Part shown: one piece after another, positions 25,857 to 36,754 of the stretch
How positions within the stretch are numbered: position 1 is the first letter of the stretch
Layout: each line of letters opens with the position of its first letter
DNA from: Hemiscyllium ocellatum
Taxonomy: Eukaryota
Direction of reading: 5' to 3'
Length of the DNA stretch: 64,000 nt
NCBI RefSeq assembly: GCF_020745735.1
Contig: NC_083446.1
Span: forward strand, 13,184,068-13,248,067
Program-made: the position numbers and the translations under genes
The notes under the pieces: model-generated
Databases searched by the model: none
What the model was told of the DNA's origin: nothing
Seen by the model: only the letters and a program-made list of their open reading frames with translations

Positions 25857-26184
25857 TGTTTACCCAGACTGCCTTGCATTGCAGAATCAGTGATTGGAGC
25901 TCAGTAGGCAGAAGCAGGCTGTGGTCTGAGCATGCTCAATGTCACTTATGGGGAAAATCTGAGGAGGGGCAGATGGTTCAGTTAGTGGGAGGCAATTGTG
26001 AGGCAAGATAGAACTGGAAACCACGGCACTGGGTTCTAGCATCTTTATCAACTCTGTGGAGGCCTGGGCCACGAATAAGAGCCTACTGTACCCATACTTA
26101 CCCTGCGGGATCACTGAGGAATCAAAGTGAATTAACGAGGTGGGGTTTCCTCCCCAGGGAAAGCCCACATTATCCAAGCAACCT

Positions 26185-26530
26185 TACCCCAACCCTGTCA
26201 CAAACCAGGCCTTGTTATCACATAGTCTGCTCTTACACCCACCCATTGTTCACCATTAACAGTCCCCACTAATAGCTATTTATCCTCCTAGCTGGATTGT
26301 TACCCATTCCTTTGTCTGTCCAACTGTTCTTCTCCCTCTTTTGCCTGTATTCCCATCTATAGTTGACCTTTATTCCCTCCGATCACCCTATCTTCTCCAT
26401 CTAACCCAACATTTTCCTAGCTACCATCAGTTCTGAAGAAGGGTCACTCGACCCAAAAAGTTAACTCTGATTTCTGTCCACAGATGCTGCCAGACTTGCT
26501 GAGCCTTTCCAGCAGTTTCTGTTTTTACTC
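26185..26530 (+). mobile_element. Penelope-derived tail, HHR family 2
   Basis: agtt-ctgaaga-agggtcactcgaccc-aaaaagtt-aact followed by conserved cacagatgctgccagac tail. Confidence 0.7.
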
Positions 26531-27084
26531 AGGCAACCGTTTGTACACCATCATGGGAAAGGAAGTGGAGTGAATATCAGGGCAAATAGGGAGCCATCTT
26601 GGTGAGGGAACTGGCTGTGGGCGAGGCTTAAGAGACTCTGGGAAGATAATCTTTGAGTAATGGGAAGTTAAACTATTTCCCATTTATTGGCAATAGGCAT
26701 CACCTCTTGTGAGAGGAGAAAAAAAAATTAAGAGTCCTGAGGGGTCTGTTTCACACAGTATGTGGAATGACCTGCCAGAGGAAGTTGCAGATGCAGATAG
26801 TCACAACATTTAAAAGAGGTTTGGACAGGTACATGAATCGGAAAGGTTTCGAGGGATATGAGCCAAACACAGGCAAATGGGTCCAATTTAGTTTGGTAAA
26901 CTTGGTAGGCATGGAGAGTTGGACTGAAGGGTCTGTTTCCATGCTTTATGAATCTGTGACCTACTGAATGATGACAGGATGAACCTTCTCTCTAAACTGG
27001 TCCTAACGATTCTGCCTGTTCATTTATGAAAACCTGGAACTTTTGTTCAAACCGTGGCTTTTTGTTTGCCCAGTTATTCCTCTT

Positions 27085-27609
27085 TGTGTAAAAAAATGAG
27101 GTCTGCAGATGCTGGAGATCAGAGCTGAAAATGTGTTGCTGGTTAAAGCACAGCAGGTTAGGCAGCATCCAAGGAATAGGAAATTCGACATTTCGGGCAT
27201 AAGCCCTTCATCAGGAATGAGGAGGAGCTGGAGGAGGAGCGCCTCATCTTCCACCTGGGAACCCTCCAACCACAAGGAATGAACTCAGATTTCTCCAGTT
27301 TCCTAATTTCCCCTCCCCCCACCTTGTCTCAGTCGGTTCCCTCAACTCAGCACTGCCCTCCTAACCTGCAATCTTCTTCCTGACCTCTTAGCCCCCACCC
27401 CACTCCGGCCTATCACCCTCACCTTGACCTCCTTCCACCTATCACATCTCCATCGCCCCTCCCCCAAGTCCCTCCTCCCTACCTTTTATCTTAGCCTGCT
27501 GGACACACTCTCCTCATTCCTGATGAAGGGCTTATGCCCGAAACGTCGAATTTCCTGTTCCTTGGATGCTGCCTGACCTGCTGTGCTTTAACCAGCAACA
27601 CATTTTCAG
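27085..27609 (+). mobile_element. Young Penelope-like 3' fragment with inverted pLTR and HHRs in both arms
   Basis: 27085-27222 inverted relative to 27512-27609; ELEEERLIFHLGTLQPQGMN GIY-YIG C-terminus; 14-bp TSD cagttattcctctt. Confidence 0.9.
27516..27551 (+). ncRNA. Minimal type I hammerhead ribozyme motif, intact core
   Basis: ATTC-CTGATGA-AGGGC TTAT GCCC-GAAAC-GTC-GAAT: stem I ATTC/GAAT, stem II GGGC/GCCC, palindromic ACGT stem III, GUC cleavage triplet. Confidence 0.85.
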
Positions 27610-27619
27610 CAGTTATTCC

Positions 27620-28420
27620 TCTTGAATCAGCCCTTGAATTGTTTGTGCAGTCTGTGATCATGATCCTCCACTTCCATGACAAATGTCGAAATCTTTACTC
27701 CAAATCCACGAAATGTTATCTGTTTTTCTCTTGGAGTTTGTCAAAATCGAATTTCCAAATAAGAAAGAGTTTGAGCCAATGAGGGGAGACCCAGGTTCAG
27801 CCCCGCCCCGCCCCTCCTTTATTTCAATTGATTGGAGGACCAGCTGCAACGGGCCGGTCCTCCAGGCCTGCCCCATCCTCCTATTGGTCTAAACCCGCCA
27901 TCAATCATTGGAGCGGTGTGAATGGAATATACGCAATGCGGAGGCTGAAGCAGGTCGAAGTTCCCGGCACATTTTTGGATTTAGAGCTGTATTAAAATCC
28001 AATGCAAGCTTCGAACGCCGAATAAGAAGTCACCCATTCCAGGTTGTGTTCGGCCAGTGGCAAGTTTTGACCCTTAGCGGCCGTCTTCCCGTGAACGGTA
28101 CGTACGCGGGAGCCATCTTTATAAAGGACAATGTGCTGCCTGGTCGCCATCTTTATAAAGGACAATGCGCTGTCTGGTATGTGTGATCGCCATCTTTATA
28201 AAGGACAATGTGGATGAAGGGCTTATGCTCGAAACGTCGAATTCTCTATTCCTGAGATGCTGCCTAACCTGCTGTGCTTTGACCAGCAACACATTTGCAG
28301 TATGTAAAGGCCGTCTTTATTAGCACAATCTGCTGTCTGGGGGTGTGATAGCCATCTTTATGAAGGAGCAATGTGCTGTCTGGTGTGTGTTCGCCATCTT
28401 TATAAAGGAGCAATGTACTG
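27620..28420 (+). promoter_or_regulatory. CpG promoter P2 with GC boxes, CCAAT boxes and a YY1-site tandem array
   Basis: ccccgccccgcccc, ccaat/attgg x4, donor-like gaacg/gtacgt at 28098, six GCC(A/G)TCTTT units at 28112-28401. Confidence 0.7.
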
Positions 28421-28879
28421 GAAGAGTTCAGAGTCATCACCTACCTTTGGAGCAAGTAGGACTTGAGAACTGTCGTTCTGAAGAACGGTCATTGCACCCG
28501 AAGCGTTAACTCTGTTTCTCTCCACAGATGCTGACAGACCTGTTGAGTCTTTTCCAGCAATTTCTGTTTTTGTTTCTGGTTTCCAGCATCTTTGTATATT
28601 CAGTTCTTTGTATTTTTTTGAACTCAAGTTTTCTAGCTCAGAGATAGGGACAATAACACTGCACAATAAGGACCCTCTTGTATTTTGTGGTATTTTCAAG
28701 TGCTTATCTAAAAGATTCTAAAATGACTCTTGGTTACTGAGCCAGGAGTCCTGATAGCCACAATCCATTTTTCTGCTTAAAATCCCCCTGCTCCTTAACT
28801 TATGTTCTTGGTTATTAACCCTTTTACAAAGGGCAAATATAGGGAAACGTTTTCCTATTTATGTACCTCAAATATTGTA

Positions 28880-29630
28880 CACTTCATTCAAATGGAGCAA
28901 CAGGAATACAGAGTGCTGGGCTAATGGTAAGATTCTTGATCCCCCATGTAAATGAGCAGAGAGATCTTTGTGTCCATGTACATAGATCCCTGAAAGTTGT
29001 CACCCAGGTTGTCAAGAAGGCATATGATGTGTTAGCTTTTATTGGTTGAGGGATTAAGTTTCGGAGCCATGAGGTCACGTGCAGTTGTACAAAACTCTAG
29101 TGTGGCCACACTTGGAGTATTGCATATAGTTCTGGTCACTACATTACAGGAAAGATGTGGAAGCTTTGGAAAGGGTTCAGAGGAGGTTTACGAGGATGTT
29201 GCCTGGTATGGAGGGGGAGGTCGAATAAGGAAAGGCTGAGGACTTTTCATTAGAGAGAAGAAGGTTGAGAGATAACTCAGTTGAGATATACAAGATGATC
29301 AGAGGTTAGATCGGGTGGACAGTGAGAGCCTTTTTCCTCAGATACTGATGACTAGCATGAGGGGACAAAGCTTTAAATTGAAGGATGATAGGCATAGGAC
29401 TGATGCCAGAGGTAGTTTCTTTACTCAGAGAGTAGTAGGGACATGAAATGTCCTGCCTGCAGCAGTAGTAGAATTGCCAACTTTAAAGGGCATTTAAATG
29501 GTCATTGCCTAAACATATGGATAAAATGGAATAGTGTAGGATGAATGGACTTCCGAATGGTTTCACAGGTCAGTGCAACATCGAGGGCCGAAGGCCTGTA
29601 CTACACTGTAATGTTATATGTTTTATGTTC
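28880..29630 (+). mobile_element. CR1 3' fragment
   Basis: EQRDLCVHVHRSLKV..KKAY..LAFIG, LEYC motifs and CR1 tail. Confidence 0.85.
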
Positions 29631-29828
29631 TATCCCACTCATCCTCCTTTGCTGTAAGGAAAACCCATCTAATTTCATCATAACTGAATTGTTCCAGCCC
29701 AGGCAACATCCAGGGAATCTGTTCTGCACTCTAATGCAATCAAGTCTTGCCTATAGAGTGGCAACCAAAACTGCAAACAGCACTTCAACTGTGAGCTAAC
29801 TAATGTAATACACAATTCTATGATAACT

Positions 29829-30160
29829 GGGTGGTATGGTGGCTCAGTGGTTAGCACTGATGCCTTACAGCACCAGGCACCCAGGCTCAATCCCAGCCTC
29901 AGGTAACTGTCTGTGTGGAGTTTGCACATTCTCCATGTGTCTGCATGGGTTTCCTCTCACAAATGCAAAGGTGTGCAGGTTTGGTGAATTAGCCATGCTA
30001 AATTGCCCATAGTGTTCAGGGATGTGTAGATTAGGTGCATTAATCAGGATAGTACGCATCGGGTATGGCAATGGGTCAGGGTAGGTATCTCTTTAGATGG
30101 TCGGTGTGGACTTGTTGGGCCAAAGGGCCTGTTTCCACACTGTAGGGATTCTAATTCTAA
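29829..30160 (+). mobile_element. HE1-type SINE
   Basis: ggtggctcagtggttagcact head; ctgtagggattcta tail. Confidence 0.85.
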
Positions 30161-30589
30161 AAACCTCTTGCTCTTCAATTCATTGCCATGAATAATGAAA
30201 GCAAGTATCCCATATGCCTTCTTTATTATCTTGTCATCCTGCCACCAGGGATCCTCTGATCATCTGTACTTGCTAGTATTCAACATGTTTCTTGCTTAAG
30301 TAGTCTTCCCAAAATGTATCACCTCACATTTCTCTGGATTAAATCCCATTTGCCAAAGTTAAGCCTGTCTGACTAGCCCAGCTATATGGCCCTGCTTTTC
30401 TTATTGCTACTCCACCAATTTTCATGCCATCTGTAAACATACTGATCAGACCTCCTACAAGCACATGGAATAATTTAATATAAGTGGTCCCACTCTAAAA
30501 GAGGAGCAGGAGCAATGCGACACTGATATATGTTTGCATTAGTCACTTAGTCTGGCAGGATAAGTAGACAGCGCTGTTGACAAGGAAAG

Positions 30590-31640
30590 AATTGGGCAGG
30601 ACTCTTCATCAGGCTGGGGATGGGGAAGGGGGCTGAGAAATAAATGGAGGAGAGGGGTGGGCTGGGGGAAATGTTTGTGGGATGCCGATAGGTGAATTCA
30701 GCTAGTAAGTGATTGTGATAGGTCAATGGGATGGGTGGAGTGAACAGGTGGGAAGCAAGATGAACAGGTTGGTCAGGTCAAGAGGGTGGAACTGAGTCGG
30801 AAGGTTGGATCTGGGATGGTGTAAGAGGGAGTGGAGAGATTTGGAAACTGGTGAGTTCATTGTTGTGACTGTATGGTTGTAGGCTCTCCAGGCAGAAGAT
30901 GAGCTGTTCCTCCTACAGTTTGCGGGTGGCATTGTTTTGGTGGTGAAGGAGGCCCAGAATGGATATATCATTGGGGGAGTTGAAATGGTTGGCCACTGGA
31001 AGGTGGCGTTGGTTGGTGTGTACAGACCAGAGATATTGCCTGAACTGTTCCACGAGTTTGCGCTCGGTCTCTCTGATGTAGAGGAGACCACATCGAGAGC
31101 AACAGATGTAGTAAAAGGGGTTTGAGGATGTGCAAGGAAACCTTTTGCTGGATTTGGAATGATCCTTTGGGGCCTTGGATGGAGGTGCAGGGGGAGATTT
31201 GGGCCCAGGTTTTGCATCTGTCACGGCAGTAAGAGGAAAGTGTCAGGTGTAGAAAGGAGGTTGGTGGGGAGTGTGGACCTAACGAGGGAGTCACAGGGAA
31301 CGGTCCCTACGCAACACCGATAGGAATGGGGAGCGAAATATATTTTTGGTGGTGGAAGTGATGGAGGATGATGCGTTGGATTTAGAGATGAGTGGGGTAG
31401 AATGTGAGGACCAGAGGGACTCTATCTTTGTGGTTGGGGGTGTGGGGTTCAAGGGCAACGGTGCAGGAAATTAAAGTGAAGCGGTTGAGGGCAATGTTGA
31501 TCACAGCAGAGGAGAAATCATGGTGCTTGAAGGAGGAGAATATCTGGGATGACCTGGAGTGGAATTGCTCATGCTGGGAGCAGATACAGCAAAGGTGGAA
31601 GAATAGGGAGTAAAAGATACTGTTTTTATAGGAGTGGGAG
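30590..31640 (-). mobile_element. Penelope-like element (Neptune-type) GIY-YIG endonuclease region, decayed
   Basis: FPCTSSNPFYYICCSRCGLLYIRETERKL..F..PVANHFNS. Confidence 0.85.
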
Positions 31641-31828
31641 AAGGTATAGTCAAGATAATGAAAAGCATCCTAAGTTTCATTAATAGAGACATACAGGATA
31701 AGAAGCAAGGAGATAACATTGAATTTGTCTCAGACACAAATTTGGCCTCCGCTAGAGTATTGTGATCAGTTCTGGGTGCCATACTTTAGGAAAGATATTT
31801 GGAGAGAGTGCAGCAAAGAGACAATAAT

Positions 31829-32253
31829 GTGGGTTCTGTTCGCCGACCTGGGAGTTTTTGTTGCAAATGTTTTGTCCCCTTTCTAGGTGACATCCTCAGT
31901 GCTTGGGAGCCTCCTGTGAAGCCCTTCTGTGATGTTTCCTCCGGCATTTATAGTGGCTTGTCTCTGCCGTTTCCAGTTGTCAGTTGCTGTCCGCTGCAGT
32001 GGCTGGTATATTGGATCCAGGTCGATGTGTTTGTTGTTAGAATCTGTGGATGAGTGCCATGCCTCTAGGAATTCCCTGGCTGTTCTCTGTTTGGCTTGTC
32101 CTATAATAGGAGTGTTGTCCCAGTCGAATTCATGTTGCTTGTCATCTGCGTGTGTGACGAAAGGGGACAAAACGTTTGCAACAAAAACTCCCAGCTCGGC
32201 AAACAGAACCACAACAACGAGCACCCGAGCTACAAATCTTCTCCCAAACTTTG
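31829..32253 (-). mobile_element. Penelope-like element (Poseidon-type) 3' fragment with inverted pLTR and HHR
   Basis: HEFDWDNTPIIGQA..AREFLEAWHS..IDLDPIYQPL; inverted repeat 31829-31885 vs 32159-32212; near-TSD aaagagacaataat/aaagacacaatgat. Confidence 0.85.
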
Positions 32254-32989
32254 AAAGACACAATGATTCTGTGGATAAGATGTTAGGGTTATGAAGTTAG
32301 ATTTAAAAAGCTGGAACTGCTTCCTTTGTGGAAGAAATATAATAGAGCATATTCACTTGTGAAAGGATCGAGACCGAGGTGGAACGGATTTAAATGAATT
32401 GGAAAAATAAACAATAGTGTATGAGGAAAATCTTCACACAGTGAGTAGTGAGAGTTCAGAATGTGTGGTGGAGGCTGGTTCAATCAATGGATTTCAAAGG
32501 GATTCAGGATGTTAACAGAAAATTAGGAATTATATATAGAGCAGACAGGAGCATAGTATGAGGTGCCATGCTTATTTGGAGAGCCAGTTTTGACACAGTG
32601 GGATGAATGGCCTCCTTCCGTATTTTATTTATTCTGTGCTTCTTTCAACCCACTGTGCTCTCTTTCTGTAAGAGCAACTCACTGAATCCCACCGCCCTGG
32701 CTTTCCCCCTCCAATGTTAAGACCATAAACCCAGTCTCTTTGAAAGCTACAACTGAATTTGCCTCCACTACCCTATCAGGCTGTATGTTCCACATTCTAA
32801 CCACTCACTGCATAAAGAAATAAAGCATTTTACTTGTCACCATTGCATCTTTTGATAATGGACTTAAATCTGTTCTCAGTTCTTCCACCAGTTGGATAAT
32901 TTCCTTCCACTCTACTCTGTGCAGGCCCCTTCTGATTTGCCATTTAACTCGATAGTAGTGAAGGCCGATCTGTTCAGTTGAAGCCGGGT

Positions 32990-33600
32990 CTTTGTCTCCA
33001 CAAGGTCTGTATGTAGCTGCTCCTGCCAATATGGTCATAGGTTGGTGCATCTGCAGTAGGTGGATTGGTGAGGACGAGGCACTTCTTTTGGTGCCTTTTG
33101 TTGCAGGGTCAGTCTGGTCAAAATGCCTTTCAGGATTCCAACACGTACTTCAATAATAGCTGTACTGCCCTTCTGTTTGTGTTGGACATCAAGTCTTCTA
33201 TTCAGAGTACTTTCAGTGCTGTTGCCACCCTTGGTGCTTCTTACAAATGGTTTTCAACAAGGAGGAGAATGGATTAATCAACCTAGGAAGAGTAGCAGTC
33301 AGCACTTCCCCCGGCCATGTTTGACTGGGTGTTCTGAAATTTCCTATGGTTCACAATCAGTGTGCAATTTTCACAGGACCATTTCTTTGTGACTGTCTAT
33401 CATTGTGTTACCACCACAGGGACATAACTTATTCCGAGTTGGTAATGGCGAAATCGGGGACAGTAAGGTATAATTCCTTAAGTCTATGATCCTATAGGAT
33501 GCAAATACCAATTTTGGCACAAGCCTCTCAGCATTCACAAGGGGAATTTTTACGAGGTTGACTGGGCAGTGTGTATGTTTGTCATTTTCACTGCTACATG
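32990..33600 (-). mobile_element. LINE family B APE-endonuclease region, old
   Basis: Minus strand resembles ..VEN HL.EAPRVATALKVL.IEDLMSN.. endonuclease segment; recognised from family similarity. Confidence 0.55.
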
Positions 33601-34213
33601 GTCTGTCCAGATATATGCTTTTTGATGTTTCTAAAGGTTATGGAGAAAATTATCTAATATGTAGTTTGGATTTCAGTCCAGGGAGAACACATGAAGTAAT
33701 ACTTCAATTCAGGTTGGCGGAAAGCATGAATACTTAATAAGAATTGCTATTTATTACAAACAAATAGATTCCAATGATAAATAATTATTCCACCAGGATA
33801 ACAGGGTATTGGCGTTGTGTGTATATGTATGTGCATGAGATGTTTGTTATGACAGATGTCTTCCTAATTATTTGCTACTTGTAATGCCAGTTTTTACTAC
33901 TGTAATGAACACTTTGCATACATGCGGTTTCTACCCTCCCATAATTTGAGAAATATTCTCCAAGACACCCAAAGTGAATTGTGAATCAACTTCAGCTAAC
34001 AAAAGTTAAGGATTGCATTTGATCACCGGGAATAGCTTACAACATGCCAGAAAAAGTGGTCAGCCTGATTATTTGAAAGTATTACAGTACATTTGTTATC
34101 AAAGTTAAGGCACATGGAATTGGAGGGAATTTACAAAGATCAAGAACTGGGTAACCAACGGAGAGCAGAAAGTAAGAGTAAATGGGTTGTTCTCAAGATG
34201 GCAGGCTTGGTTA

Positions 34214-35014
34214 TGTTATGGAGTTGAAAGCAGGTACTGTACCTTTTGAGAGAGAATGTTGTTATGAACTGAGAGCTTACAAGCACCTGTCATATGACTA
34301 GATGGCAGTCCCAGAGTGTATTGGGAAATTGAAAATATGTAGCATTTGGTTGTGAAATGGATATCTGAGTTTAGGTTGCTGTTTTGACAAGAAGTCAAAT
34401 TTAAACTCTTGATTTAAATTATGCCCCAGGATACTAAAACCCAATCGAGTTTGAATTTACTGTTTTGCCAACATTGAACCAACGAGACAATCCAATGTTG
34501 GGGGTATAAGAATGCAGACAGTTTGAAAATTGGTCAGGCAGCAACTGCCGTAGAGAAAGAAACTCATGGAGAGCTCATTGCACGTTAAACATCTTGCTCA
34601 AAAGAAATGAGTAAACACTCTCCATCAAAGATACCTGTTCATGTGAAACATACTTGGAGTAAAAAGAAAGATGATGACCCAGGGGAAGCAGCAACCAGAG
34701 GAGTGAAGACGACAACAACTGTGAGGTTTTGAAATTAAGTTGATGTAGTTTTAGTAAGTTTCTTATCGGTTATTTTTATAGAGTTGGAGGCAGATAGTAA
34801 GCAATTAAGAGAAATGGATGGGGGGGGGGCTTAGAGTTGTGAATAGTGGTTGTTTAATGTTCGCTTTTAGAGTTAAAAAAATAAATTTGTTATTTTCTTT
34901 AAATAGTGGAATTTGGGAGTTGTCTGCCAGTCATACTTTAACAGATTGAGGCATGGTAAGCTTTTCTGGGTGTTTGGTTTAATTATCAGAGGGATTTACC
35001 TCTGTGTCGTTCCA
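34214..35014 (+). mobile_element. Solo LTR (~800 bp, Gypsy/ERV-like)
   Basis: TG...CA termini, perfect 4-bp TSD GTTA, internal tataag (34505) and aataaa (~34880); interrupts a CR1 RT fragment. Confidence 0.8.
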
Positions 35015-35037
35015 GTTACCATCTGGTTACCACATTT

Positions 35038-35225
35038 GGGGACTCATTAGCTCAGTTGGCTGGACAGCTAGCTAATGATGCCAATGATGAGAGTTGAATT
35101 CCTGCACCAACTCAAGTTACCTTGTAGATTGCACCTTCTCAATCTCACCCTTTGCCTGTGATGTGGTAACCCTCAGCTTAAACTACAAGTCATTTCTTTC
35201 TAATAAGAGAGCAGCCCTATCGTCC
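35038..35225 (+). mobile_element. tRNA-derived SINE (third family)
   Basis: A-box tagctcagttgg, B-box-like gttgaattcc. Confidence 0.55.
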
Positions 35226-35299
35226 CCGCCAATGTTTTTAATACAAAGCCAGCTCCCAGCCATTCACAATCAATAAAAGTGGCGGGACCGATTGTATTC

Positions 35300-35424
35300 G
35301 GAGACAGTGAGGACTGCAGATGCTGGAGGCCAGAGTCGAGAGTGTGGTGCTGGAAAAGCACAGCAGGTCAGGCAGCATCTGAGGAGCAGGAGAATCGATG
35401 TTTCAGGCAAAAGTCCTTCATCAT
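35300..35424 (-). mobile_element. Monomeric HHR-bearing pLTR element
   Basis: Reverse of tgatgaaggacttttgcctgaaacatcgatt plus full tail; degenerate 14-bp TSD. Confidence 0.75.
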
Positions 35425-36754
35425 GACCAACTGTGTTCCCTAATTTACTGATGACACCAAAATGGATGGCAATCTAAGTTATGGAGAGGGTGTAAGGAGG
35501 CTTCAAGAGGACTTGGAGAGACTGAGTGAGTGGCCTAGAATATCTCACACAGAACATGGACGGAGTGAGTGTGAAGCTATTCACTCTGGTTATGTTTAAA
35601 AAAAAACAAGGTGGTAGAATATTTCTCAGATTTGAGGTTGGAAACTGCAGGTGTCCAAAGTGTTCAAGACAGTCCTAAAAACTGACATTACGAGGAGCAA
35701 ACAAATAGGAAGACAAGTGGTATATTGGTCATCATCAAGAAGGTCCAGTGTACCTTTGTCACAGTCCCAGATGGTGTCATTGGTGGCTCTGATTCAGGAT
35801 AGCTGCAAGGGCAGAAACCTGACTGGAGAGATTCAAATGAGGTAGGCTGGAGTAAAAATGCTAAAGGAGTTCAAAATCAGACTGCCTATTTTTAAAAGGT
35901 GAGAGAACAAAGTTTTTAAAAGGACATGAGGGACAATCTTTTTTGATACAGAGAGTGGTTTGTGTTTGGAATGAACTGCCAGAGGAAGAGGCGGATGCAG
36001 GTACAGTTACGCCATTTAAAAGAGACTTGAATGTGAACAGTAAAGGTTTGGAGGGATATGGGACTAGTTTAGTTTGGGAGCATGGTTAGCATGGACTAGT
36101 TGAACCAAAAGGTGTATTTCCATGCTGCATGAATCTATGACTGTGGAAAGGAAAGGGAGGGTGGAGAGAGGGATATAGTTTCAAAGTACAATGGGGCCAT
36201 CTTTATTTCTTCAGGAGAGTGTGGATATTGGAGGTTTCGGAGAGATTGATACTGATAACTGATCAATGAACATGGGGAGGTTGGGTTAGTGTGAATAGGA
36301 TCAAGGGAGGAGAAGGGGATCTGATGGACAAGGTGCATTCTGATAGGGCATGAGGAAAGATTGGAGGGCAACTGGAGAAAGATGTGAATTTAATGTTGGG
36401 ACAAAGAAGAACTTTAGAAACTCTATGACCCAGTGAGTTTGTACATAAGAAGAGGGAGGGAGCTGATCACATTATCTCAGTTTTAGTGACAAAACAAATC
36501 TGAATAAGCTCCTCACATGTTGTTGTTAGAAGTGAAGATGGAGAGATAAGGGAGAGAGAGAGACCCCTTCAAAAAGTAATAACTTGTGTTTGAGCCATTA
36601 AAAAGATTCAACACGCCATATACTGAGCACAAAATTAATTTGACTGTCTCCAAAATGTTAACGGCTATAACTGGGCTGGAGTTTAGCATCATCAGTAGAA
36701 ACAGACCCCAATGAACATGGTTCAGGCCTGGATTTGATTAACAGCAAAATCCAA

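Noticed and set aside
33123-33470. Hydrophobic signal-peptide-like ORF and an ITIM-like ITYSEL 'exon'
   Set aside because: Better explained as the antisense strand of a decayed LINE endonuclease region.
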